Source: Thermoanaerobaculaceae bacterium
GTDB taxonomy: Bacteria > Acidobacteriota > Thermoanaerobaculia > Multivoradales > UBA5704
Assembly: GCA_963717295.1 (NCBI GenBank)
Contig: OY970330.1
Location: forward strand, 7,932,822 to 7,996,821
Direction of reading: 5' to 3'
Length of the DNA: 64,000 bases
A program made the translations under genes and the position numbers. Under the pieces are notes generated by a model. That model made no database searches, was not told the DNA's origin, and saw only the letters and a list, made by a program, of their open reading frames with translations. Below, in pieces: positions 1 to 8,020 of the stretch (position 1 is its first letter; every line of letters starts with the position of its first letter).

Positions 1-511
1 CCGGCCACTCGCGGTCCTTGGCGTTGAGGACGGGAGAAACGACGGGCCACTCGATGCCGATCTCCGGATCGTCCCAGCGCACACCGATCTCGTCGTTGGG
101 GGCATAGAGGTCGGTGCACTTGTACTGCACGGTGGCCGAGTCGCCGGTGACGCAGAAGCCGTGGACGAAGCCGGGCGGCACCCAGAGCTGGCGGTTGTTC
201 TCGCCGGAGAGCACGGCGCTCACCCAGCGGCCGAAGGTGGGGGAGCCGGGCCGGATGTCCACCGCGACGTCGAAGATCTCACCGTTGAGGGCACGCACCA
301 GCTTGCCCTGGGGCTTCCGGAGTTGCGCATGGAGACCGCGCAGGACGTGGCGATGGGAGAACGACTGGTTGTCCTGGACGAAGGTGCCGGGCAGGCCGGC
401 GGCCTCGAACTTCTCCCGGTGGCAGACCTCGAAGAAAAAGCCGCGGTCGTCCTTGAAGATGTCGGGCTCGATGAGGACGACGTCGGGGATTTCGAGCGGT
501 ACGAACCTCAT
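1..511 (-). CDS. rmlC: dTDP-4-dehydrorhamnose 3,5-epimerase RmlC (3' end cut by window edge)
   Basis: Minus-strand translation from ATG at ~509-511 reads [28 protein letters not shown]...RGLHAQ...[21 protein letters not shown]...VPPGFVHGF, the RmlC cupin pattern. Start overlaps rmlB stop (ATGA). Confidence 0.8.
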   Translation of the reverse strand, partial: MRFVPLEIPDVVLIEPDIFKDDRGFFFEVCHREKFEAAGLPGTFVQDNQSFSHRHVLRGLHAQLRKPQGKLVRALNGEIFDVAVDIRPGSPTFGRWVSAVLSGENNRQLWVPPGFVHGFCVTGDSATVQYKCTDLYAPNDEIGVRWDDPEIGIEWPVVSPVLNAKDREWP

Positions 512-1608
512 GCTTTGGCTCCCAGGCCGAGACGCTCGCGGCCGTACGTCCCGGTCTGCACGGCCTCGCACCAGGAGCGGTTGGCGAGATACCAGCGTAC
601 GGTGGCGCGCAGGCCCGAGGCGAAGTCGTGGCGCGGCTCCCAGCCGAGCTCGGCGCGGATCTTGGTGTCGTCGATGGCGTAGCGGCGGTCGTGGCCGGGA
701 CGGTCGGCGACGAAGGTCTTCAGGTCCCGGTAGGCGGCGATGCCGCGGCTCGCGAGGGCGGGGTTGTCCGCCGCCGGCCGCTCGCTCTCCAGGATGTCGC
801 AGAGGGTGTCCACGATCTGCAGGTTGGTGCGTTCGCTACGGCCCCCGAGGTTGTACTTCGCCCCCGGTTTGCCGTGTTGCAGCACGGTGAGAATCCCCCG
901 GCAGTGATCGTCCACGTAGAGCCAGTCGCGGACGTTGCCGCCGTCGCCGTAGATGGGTAGCGGCTTGCCCTCCAGGGCGTTGAGGATCATCAAGGGGATC
1001 AGCTTCTCGGGATATTGATGGGGGCCGTAGTTGTTGGAGCAGTTGGTGAGCAGCGCCGGCAGGCCGTAGGTCTCGTGGAAGGCCCGCACCAAGTGGTCCG
1101 CCCCCGCCTTCGAGGCGGCGTAGGGGGAGTTCGGGGCGTAGGGCGTCGTCTCCGAGAAGGCGCCGGTGGGCCCCAGGCTGCCGTAGACCTCGTCGGTCGA
1201 GACGTGGAGGAAGCGGAAGCGCTCGCGCTCGGCGGCCGGCGCGGCGGCGAGGAAGGCGCGGGCCGCGTCCAGCAGCTCGAAGGCGCCGACGATATTGGTA
1301 CGGATGAACTCGGAGGCGTCGTCGATCGAGCGGTCGACGTGGCTCTCGGCGGCGAAGTTGACGACGGAGGCGGGGCGCTTCTCGGCGAACAGCCGGCGCA
1401 CCGTGGCCCGGTCGGCGATGTCCCCTTGCACGAACTCGCAGCGCGCCTGGAGGCGGGAATCGTCGAGCACGTCCGCCAGGCTTTCCAGGCTGCCCGCGTA
1501 GGTGAGCTTGTCGAGGATGAGCACGCGCGCCTCGGTCTCGGCGAGGGCGAGCCTCACGAAGTTGCAGCCGATGAACCCGGCGCCGCCGGTGACGAGAATC
1601 GTATCCAT
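508..1608 (-). CDS. rmlB: dTDP-glucose 4,6-dehydratase
   Basis: 366-aa ORF with N-terminal Rossmann motif [23 protein letters not shown] catalytic YxxxK and dTDP-glucose dehydratase-like C-terminus. Adjacent to rmlC. Confidence 0.9.
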   Translation of the reverse strand: MDTILVTGGAGFIGCNFVRLALAETEARVLILDKLTYAGSLESLADVLDDSRLQARCEFVQGDIADRATVRRLFAEKRPASVVNFAAESHVDRSIDDASEFIRTNIVGAFELLDAARAFLAAAPAAERERFRFLHVSTDEVYGSLGPTGAFSETTPYAPNSPYAASKAGADHLVRAFHETYGLPALLTNCSNNYGPHQYPEKLIPLMILNALEGKPLPIYGDGGNVRDWLYVDDHCRGILTVLQHGKPGAKYNLGGRSERTNLQIVDTLCDILESERPAADNPALASRGIAAYRDLKTFVADRPGHDRRYAIDDTKIRAELGWEPRHDFASGLRATVRWYLANRSWCEAVQTGTYGRERLGLGAKA

Positions 1609-1752
1609 TGGATTTGGGCCGCTCCCCGAGTGTGGAGCCGCCGGGGGAGTATAGCGGTATACGCGTCAGGCCTCGCCTCCGTCGTAGAATCGGCTGGCCC
1701 GGCGGCCGGGCCCCATCCAAGGAGATCCTTCCATGCTCAGAGGTTTCACGCC

Positions 1753-2565
1753 GTGACGCCGATTCAGGCCGTCGTCCTGTCGATCGTCCAGGGAGTCACC
1801 GAGTTCCTGCCCATCAGCTCCTCGGGCCACCTGATCCTCGTCCCCTGGTTCCTGGGCTGGCCCGATCAGGGGCTGAGCTTCGACATCGCCACCAACACGG
1901 GGACGCTGCTCGCCATCGTGGCCTACTTTCATCGCGACCTGCGCGACCTGATCGCGGGCGTCTTCAGCGGCGCGCCCCTCTCGCGGGACGGCGAGTTCGT
2001 GCCCCGCGCCATGGCGCTCAACCTCGTCATCGGAACCATCCCCGCCGGCCTCGCCGGGCTCGCCTTTCACCACATGATCGAGCACGAGGCGCGCAACCCG
2101 CTGCTCATCGCCGGCACCACCTTCACCTATGGCCTGCTGCTGCTGCTGGCCGACTTCGTGGGCCGCAAGACGCGGGTGCTCAAGGATCTCTGGTGGCGGG
2201 ACGCGCTGATCATCGGCATCGCGCAGGCGCTGGCCCTGGTGCCGGGCACCTCGCGCTCCGGGATCACCATCACGGCCGCCCTGCTCCTCGGTCTCACCCG
2301 GCCGGCGGCGGCCACCTTCACCTTCCTCCTGAGCGTGCCGATCGGCGTGCTGGTGGCGGCCAAGAAGACGAAGGACCTCCTGGAGACCGGCGCCAGCGGC
2401 CACGATCTGGCCATGATGGGCATCGGCGTGGTCGTCTCCGGCCTCGTGGGCTACGGTGTCATCGCCTGGCTGCTCAACTGGCTGCGCCGCCGGAGCCTGA
2501 CCGTCTTCGTCGTCTACCGGGTGCTGCTGGCGATCGTGATCCTGACGGCGATGTACTTCCGCTAA
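1753..2565 (+). CDS. uppP: undecaprenyl-diphosphatase (UppP/BacA)
   Basis: MTPIQAVVLSIVQGVTEFLPISSSGHL... with 8 predicted TM helices. GTG start at 1753 is in frame with the 1015..2565 ORF; the upstream part of that ORF is an opposite-strand artifact over rmlB. Confidence 0.85.
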   Translation: MTPIQAVVLSIVQGVTEFLPISSSGHLILVPWFLGWPDQGLSFDIATNTGTLLAIVAYFHRDLRDLIAGVFSGAPLSRDGEFVPRAMALNLVIGTIPAGLAGLAFHHMIEHEARNPLLIAGTTFTYGLLLLLADFVGRKTRVLKDLWWRDALIIGIAQALALVPGTSRSGITITAALLLGLTRPAAATFTFLLSVPIGVLVAAKKTKDLLETGASGHDLAMMGIGVVVSGLVGYGVIAWLLNWLRRRSLTVFVVYRVLLAIVILTAMYFR

Positions 2566-2651
2566 GAAGATGAGGAATTCATATTGACAAAAGCGTATGA
2601 CTCGACTAGAGTTCCGAATGCGGGGAGGCAAATCCTCCTCTCATCCCTCCC

Positions 2652-2686
2652 AAAAAAGGAGCGCACAGCGCTCCTTCTTTTTTTGT
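2652..2686. terminator. bidirectional rho-independent terminator between convergent uppP and CHI-like gene
   Basis: AAAAAA-GGAGCGC-ACA-GCGCTCC-TTCTTTTTTT: perfect 7-bp stem, A-run on one side and T-run on the other. Confidence 0.6.
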
Positions 2687-2713
2687 CCGGGAGATGAGCG
2701 AGGGGGCGAATCC

Positions 2714-3268
2714 TCACCCCCCAAGCAGGGCCTTCTTGAAGTCCTGGCCGGGATCGGGATTGGGGCCGATCCAGGTGGAGAGGATGGCATCGCCCACGGG
2801 CTTGCCGGGGAGCGTGCCCTTCACCTTGCCGTTGACCTCGACCTGGGTACCCTCGCCGGGGACGTAGGTCAGCACCAGCTCCTTGCCCTTCTCGATCGGC
2901 TCCATCCAGCCGCAGAGCGTCGTGAACTCCTTCTTCACCTCGGCCGGGGCATTCGGGGTGTTCGCCGCCAGGCCGTCGTTCCAGGCGTCGCACATCTGCG
3001 CCTTGCTGACGCCGTAGAGGAAGTGCATCACCTGCCGCCGCGGACCGTCGGCGCCGAGGATCTTGGCCGCGGACTTCTCCTTCTGGGGAAGGTAGAGCCC
3101 GGCGACGTAGACCTTGATGAAAAACTTCGTGCGCAGGGCGATGCCGTTGAGCGTCAGGCTCTGGCCTTTCACCTCGGCCTTGTCGGGCAGGGTGACCCCG
3201 GCGAGCGAGGCGGCACCGGCGGGCACGGTGAGGAGCAGGGAGAGGAGGGCTGAGTATAGAATTCGCAT
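2714..3268 (-). CDS. secreted chalcone-isomerase-like (CHI-fold) family protein
   Basis: Signal peptide MRILYSALLSLLLTVPAGAA. Motif LTLNGIALRTKFFIKVYVAGLYL resembles the CHI-family GxGxR..K..KVYAxGLYL core. Confidence 0.5.
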   Translation of the reverse strand: MRILYSALLSLLLTVPAGAASLAGVTLPDKAEVKGQSLTLNGIALRTKFFIKVYVAGLYLPQKEKSAAKILGADGPRRQVMHFLYGVSKAQMCDAWNDGLAANTPNAPAEVKKEFTTLCGWMEPIEKGKELVLTYVPGEGTQVEVNGKVKGTLPGKPVGDAILSTWIGPNPDPGQDFKKALLGG

Positions 3269-3369
3269 CGGTTCCTCCAATGAAGGTTGGCTCTTGGGGA
3301 GCGTTCAGCGGCAAGTCTAGCCGAATTCTCAAGGCAACTCCGCGGCCGCCGCCTCCGTATCTGACGATC

Positions 3370-3993
3370 ATGAAGACAGACGCCGAGCTGGTCGCCAGTA
3401 CTCTGCGAGGCTCCCAGGACGCCTTCCGCGAGCTGGTGGTGCGCTTCGAGCGGCCGGTCTACACCCTCGTGCAGCGCATGGTCCAGAACCCGGCGACCGC
3501 CGAGGATCTGGCGCAGGAGGTCTTCCTCAAAGCCTACCGCCGGCTCGACACCTACGATCCGCAGTGGAAGTTTTCGAGCTGGCTGTTCAAGATCGCGCAC
3601 AACACGACCATCGACCACCTGCGCCGGGGCGTGCCGGAGACGGTGCCCCTGGAGTCGGAGGACGAGGACCGGGGGAGTCTCTCCGCCGTGCTGGCGGACG
3701 AGACGGGCGAGAGCCCGCACGCGGCGGCGGAACGGCGGGACTTGGGGCGCTCGCTGGAGCGGGCCCTCTCGCACCTGCGGCCGGAGTACCGCGTGGCGGT
3801 CGTCATGTTCTACGCTCAGGGCGCCTCGTACCAGGAGATCTGCGAGGTCACCGGCCTGCCGCTCGGCACGGTGAAGACCAACCTCCACCGGGCGCGCAAG
3901 GAGCTGGCCCAGGTGATGACGGCCCTCGGCTGGGGGCCGGGGGGCACGGCACCGGCGGGTCCCGCTGAAACCGGAAACGCCCGCGCCTCGTAG
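3370..3993 (+). CDS. RNA polymerase sigma-70 factor, ECF subfamily
   Basis: Region 2 (ATAEDLAQEVFLKAYRRLDTYDP) and region 4 (YRVAVVMFYAQGASYQEICEVTGLPLGTVKTNLHRARKEL) motifs. Confidence 0.85.
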   Translation: MKTDAELVASTLRGSQDAFRELVVRFERPVYTLVQRMVQNPATAEDLAQEVFLKAYRRLDTYDPQWKFSSWLFKIAHNTTIDHLRRGVPETVPLESEDEDRGSLSAVLADETGESPHAAAERRDLGRSLERALSHLRPEYRVAVVMFYAQGASYQEICEVTGLPLGTVKTNLHRARKELAQVMTALGWGPGGTAPAGPAETGNARAS

Positions 3994-4019
3994 GGCGGCT
4001 CAGAAGGAGAAATGACGGA

Positions 4020-4571
4020 ATGCGCCCCCATCCCCAAGACACCCAAGACGCCCTGAACCGCTGGCTCGCCGCCGAGCAGCTCGACAGCTCCGATGCCGCT
4101 GATCGTGCTCTGCGCGAGTTGTTCGAGGCCCTGCCCCTGCTCGCTCCGGCCGCCGGTTTCGCGGACCGGGCGTTCGCCCGGGCCGGGTTTCGGCCGGCGA
4201 AGCGGGACGTCTTCGCCTCGCTCGGACTCCGCCTGGTGCTGGCCGCCAGCCTGGTCGCCCTCAGTCTGGGTGCGATCTGGCTGCCTCCGGCTCTGCGGGC
4301 CCTCGGCGGCTGGTTCGGAGGGTTGTTCAGCCTGAGCGGCGTGGTGGGGTTGGGGACGCGGGGAATGTCCGAGGCCAGCCGTGGGCTGGCCTCGGTCCTG
4401 AGCCTGGGCGAGTGGCTGTTCTCGCTCGGTCAGGCCCTTTCCGGGCTGCTGTTGGCGCCGCGGGTCATGGCGGCTCTCGCCACATGTCTGCTCGTTTCGG
4501 GCCTGGCTTTCCGTTTTCTCCGCGCCCACATCTCTGGTGAGAGGAGTTTTAGCTATGTCGACCCCATCTGA
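4020..4571 (+). CDS. putative membrane anti-sigma factor
   Basis: Immediately downstream of the ECF sigma. N-terminal cytoplasmic segment followed by TM helices. No recognisable catalytic motifs. Confidence 0.45.
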   Translation: MRPHPQDTQDALNRWLAAEQLDSSDAADRALRELFEALPLLAPAAGFADRAFARAGFRPAKRDVFASLGLRLVLAASLVALSLGAIWLPPALRALGGWFGGLFSLSGVVGLGTRGMSEASRGLASVLSLGEWLFSLGQALSGLLLAPRVMAALATCLLVSGLAFRFLRAHISGERSFSYVDPI

Positions 4572-6174
4572 TTGGCAACGGTCCGCCGGCAAGAGATTTT
4601 TCCGCGCCGCGGTCGTTTTCTTGAGCCTCGGCGCGTCCGGGGCGATGTTTTCCGCGTCTCTCGCGGCGCCGCAGCCCGCCAGCAACCCGCCGGCTTCGGC
4701 GGAGGAGAGGACGAATCTGCGTCAGACCCTCGAGAGCCGGTACGAGGTGCTGCCGGTGCAGGGCGGCATCGCGCTCAAGCCCCGCCAGCCCAAGGCGGGA
4801 ATCCGTACCATCGAGGTGACCTCCGACGGCGTGGCGGTCAACGGTGAGCGGGTGACCGCCCGCACGCTGCACGACTGGCTTGGCACCGACGCCGACCTGG
4901 TGCTGCGCCTGCAGAGCTTGAGCGCGGCCGAGCAGCGGCAGACCTTCGGCCTCGAAGGCGGCGCCCCCGCGCCGGCTGCCCCCGCGGCCCCTCCGGCCCC
5001 CGCGGCCTCTCCCGCGGCGGAACCGGGCGAATCGGCCGGCAAGGACGGCGAGGCCGAGGTGAGCGACGAGCCCGCGGCCGAGGAGACTCCGGAGGCCTCC
5101 GCCCCCTCCGCGCGTCACGGCGACCGCCATACCTCCGGCAGCCGCGTCAACGTCGGCGGCAGCGTGACCGTCAGCAAGGACGAGGTGGCGGAAGAGGTGG
5201 TGGCCGTCGGCGGCTCGGCGACGGTCGAGGGCGAGGTGGAGAGGGACGTCACGGCCATCGGCGGCTCCGCCCGTATCAACGGCAAGGTGGGCGGCGAGGT
5301 GGTGGCGGTGGGCAGCGGCGTCTATCTCGGCCCCAACGCCGAGGTGGAGGGGGACGTGACGAGCGTCGGCGGTACGGTCCACCGGGAGCCGGGAGCGAGA
5401 GTGCAGGGCAGGACCAACGAGGTGGGCATGGGTATCCTGCCGTTCGGCCGCCACGTGCACTTCGGCCGCTACGGCCACGATTGGGAGCCCTGGGGCGGCG
5501 TCTCCCGGGTGATGAGCAGCACCCTGTTCACGGTGCTCATGGGGCTGCTCGTCTGCCTGGTGCTGCTCATCGCCCGCGCGCCGTTGGAGCGGGTGGACCG
5601 CCAGCTCGTGGCCCGGCCCTGGCCGTCGGCGGCTACGGGGCTCGCCGGGTTCGTCTTCTTCTGGCCGCTGGTGGCGGCGATGACCATCCTGCTGGCCATC
5701 ACCATCATCGGCTGCGCGCTGTTCCTGCTCTACCCGTTCCTGTTCCTGTTCGTCGGGCTGCTTCTCCTCCTGGGCTACTCGGCGTCGGCCTACCGTCTCG
5801 GCCGTCTGGTGGAGGGCCGCTTCGGCCGCAACTTCGGGAGCCAGTACGTGGCGGCGCTGGTGGGCGTGCTGCTGATCCAGGTGTGGTCCATCCTCGGCCA
5901 CATGCTGGACCTGCTGCCCGGCCCTCTCGGCTTTTTCGCCGCGATGGTGGGGCTGTTCGGATTCCTGGTGCAGGCCGTGGCCTGGATCGTGGGTTTCGGC
6001 GCCGTCATCCTCGCCCGCTTCGGCCTCGAGCCGGGCTACTGGCAGGGGCAGGGGCCGCCAATGGCGCCGATGACACCCGCTCCCGTGCCTCCAGATTCCT
6101 ATCAGGAGCCCGGCGAGCCGCTGCCGCTCTCCGACTCGGAGCCGCCGGCCGAGTGGCAGGAGCCGCCGCTGTAG
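4555..6174 (+). CDS. membrane protein with DUF4097/bactofilin-like beta-helical repeats (LiaG/YvlB-like)
   Basis: Signal/TM segment, Ala/Pro-rich linker, tandem repeats VGGSVTVSKDEV..VAVGGSATVEGEVERDVTAIGGSARINGKVGGEVVAVG, then 4-5 C-terminal TM helices. Third gene of the ECF operon. Confidence 0.5.
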   Translation: MSTPSDWQRSAGKRFFRAAVVFLSLGASGAMFSASLAAPQPASNPPASAEERTNLRQTLESRYEVLPVQGGIALKPRQPKAGIRTIEVTSDGVAVNGERVTARTLHDWLGTDADLVLRLQSLSAAEQRQTFGLEGGAPAPAAPAAPPAPAASPAAEPGESAGKDGEAEVSDEPAAEETPEASAPSARHGDRHTSGSRVNVGGSVTVSKDEVAEEVVAVGGSATVEGEVERDVTAIGGSARINGKVGGEVVAVGSGVYLGPNAEVEGDVTSVGGTVHREPGARVQGRTNEVGMGILPFGRHVHFGRYGHDWEPWGGVSRVMSSTLFTVLMGLLVCLVLLIARAPLERVDRQLVARPWPSAATGLAGFVFFWPLVAAMTILLAITIIGCALFLLYPFLFLFVGLLLLLGYSASAYRLGRLVEGRFGRNFGSQYVAALVGVLLIQVWSILGHMLDLLPGPLGFFAAMVGLFGFLVQAVAWIVGFGAVILARFGLEPGYWQGQGPPMAPMTPAPVPPDSYQEPGEPLPLSDSEPPAEWQEPPL

Positions 6175-6192
6175 GGCAGGATCTCGGTCAGG

Positions 6193-6225
6193 ACGGCTCG
6201 CCGGAAGGTCCGGCGAGCCGTTCCG
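6193..6225. repeat. 33-bp hairpin direct repeat, copy A (identical to recD2 3' end copy B at 8022-8054)
   Basis: ACGGCTCGCCGGAAGGTCCGGCGAGCCGTTCCG vs ACGGCTCGCCGGCAGGTCCGGCGAGCCGTTCCG, 32/33 identical. Confidence 0.75.
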
Positions 6226-6667
6226 AATCACGGCCCCTTGGACCGGCGTAGCACCAACGCCGGCGATACTTGGTCCCGCTCCACCGGACCCTTGCCTCAT
6301 CGCAGGTTACTGCTCGGCGTAGCAGGTGAATCGGGGCTGTTTAGCCGAATGCTGCAGCGCGATCCGCCCGCGCCAATTCTCACAGAGAGTTTAGTTAGGT
6401 CCGGAATCCGAGCTTCCAAAGACTTCGGGTAGGGTAACCGCGAAAAGCGCCCCCCACGGCACGCTTAACACATGCCGGCCTTGGTATTGACGCGGTTTAG
6501 AAACCGGGGTACAGTTCTAACCACCCGAAGAATGAAGCAGATAACCAAGCCTGAGGGATTCTGGATTTGAGCTGGGCTGAGTCCTAAGGACTTGGCGGAG
6601 AAGTTCAGAGTAAAGTTCGGCGCCGATACGTGGAATTCGAGTCTAGCTAAGCTAAAGGGAGGTAGAA

Positions 6668-7270
6668 ATGACATCCAATACGGCATCGCCAATTTTCAAT
6701 GTTTTCGGACTCCGGCCGGCCCTCAGAGGAAAAGTGAGCTTAATCGTGATCACCCTAGTCGGGGTACTCGTAACCCCATCAGTTCTATATTCGGCAGAGC
6801 AAAGCTCCTCACCTGCAGTCGAACTGGGTAATAGCGGGAAGAACGCTCCGTCGACATCAAAATATCAAAGTGCGGCAGGGAGGTATCTTGAGCCTGGAGA
6901 AGTTACCGACCTAGCTGAGGAGCGGAGCACTGCAACACCGTCACTTTTGGTTGGGAACGCGGCCGCCGGCCCGTTTCTCGTCTCCGCCGCACAATACGGC
7001 ATTGTCAGTCTTAGTCAAACTACAGGCGCGATCAATTTCTGTGCAGGTTATACCTACCTGAATTCAGGTATGCCATTTGGAAAGTGCAAAAAGATCGGAA
7101 CTATTTCGCCAACAGGACTCTTGGGTAACGCTAGAATAGATGCGACATCGAATACCCATGCCTTCGTCACAAATACTGCCACTGGGCTGGTTGTTGAATG
7201 CTATCTCGGTTTCAACTCTGGTAGTGGCGAGCCTGTCGGGAGTTGCATTTCGCAGCAGCTACAACCATAA
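6668..7270 (+). CDS. hypothetical secreted protein (low-GC islet)
   Basis: Strong RBS AAGGGAGGT 6 nt upstream of ATG. Signal/TM LIVITLVGVLVTPSVLYSA. About 48% GC against ~68% background. No recognisable domain. Confidence 0.55.
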   Translation: MTSNTASPIFNVFGLRPALRGKVSLIVITLVGVLVTPSVLYSAEQSSSPAVELGNSGKNAPSTSKYQSAAGRYLEPGEVTDLAEERSTATPSLLVGNAAAGPFLVSAAQYGIVSLSQTTGAINFCAGYTYLNSGMPFGKCKKIGTISPTGLLGNARIDATSNTHAFVTNTATGLVVECYLGFNSGSGEPVGSCISQQLQP

Positions 7271-7419
7271 AGATAAAAAGCGGCCGCCGAACAGCTCCCC
7301 TTGGCTGGCGTGATGAGGTTGATAAGGAAAGAGAAGATCTACATCTCGCCGGAGCAACAGGATCGTATCGCGTCGATTCTCGCTCGCCTTGGCGATTTAG
7401 GGAGCCGGACGGTCCGCCG

Positions 7420-8005
7420 TAGGCATACGGTGGTGGAATGTACGGATACGGCGGCTCGTCGTCAGCATCGGCGGCCCGATGTACGGATACGGCGCCACGT
7501 CGTAAGCATCGGGTGGAGCGTCGTATCGATACGGCGGCCCACCGTATCGATACGGCATGACGCCGTCAGCATCGGCGGCCCGATGTATGGATACGGCGCC
7601 ACGTCGTATCCATCCGGCGTCTCGTCGTCACCATCGGCGGAGCGTCGTATCGATACGACGGCTCACCGTATCGATACGGCGTGACGCCGTAAGCATCGGC
7701 GGCTCGATGTATGGATACGGCGCCACGTCGTATCCATCCGGCGGCTCGTCGTCCCCATCGGCGGAGCGTCGTATCGATACGACGGCTCACTGTATCGATC
7801 CGGCGTCATGCCATAAGCATCAGGCGGCCCGATGTATGGATACGGCGCCACGTCGTATCCATCCGGCGTCTCGTCGTCCCCATCGGCGGAACGTCGTATC
7901 GATACGACGGCTCACCGTATCGATCCGGCGTGACACCGTAAGCATCGGCGGCCCGATGGATGGATACGGCGTTACGTTGTATCGGTACGACGTCGGTGAT
8001 CTCCA
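7420..8005. repeat. tandem array of ~124-bp palindrome-rich repeat (about 4.5 copies)
   Basis: GCATCGGCGGCCCGATGTATGGATACGG recurs at ~7466, 7569, 7693, 7817, 7942. Each unit carries perfect palindromes CGTCGTATCGATACGACG and CCGTATCGATACGG. Period is not a multiple of 3 and ORFs are open on both strands. Confidence 0.85.
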
Positions 8006-8020
8006 CGGTTGTGCTGCCAT

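Noticed and set aside
836-2631. Long antisense or alternative-frame ORFs over rmlB and uppP (836..1720-, 1015..1750+, 1608..2573+, 1666..2631-)
   Set aside because: They have Arg/Gly/Pro-rich low-complexity translations and overlap well-supported genes on the other frame or strand.
7420-8005. CRISPR array
   Set aside because: Units are ~124 bp and near-identical throughout, with no unique spacers. Internal palindromes are far longer than CRISPR repeats, and there are no cas genes nearby.
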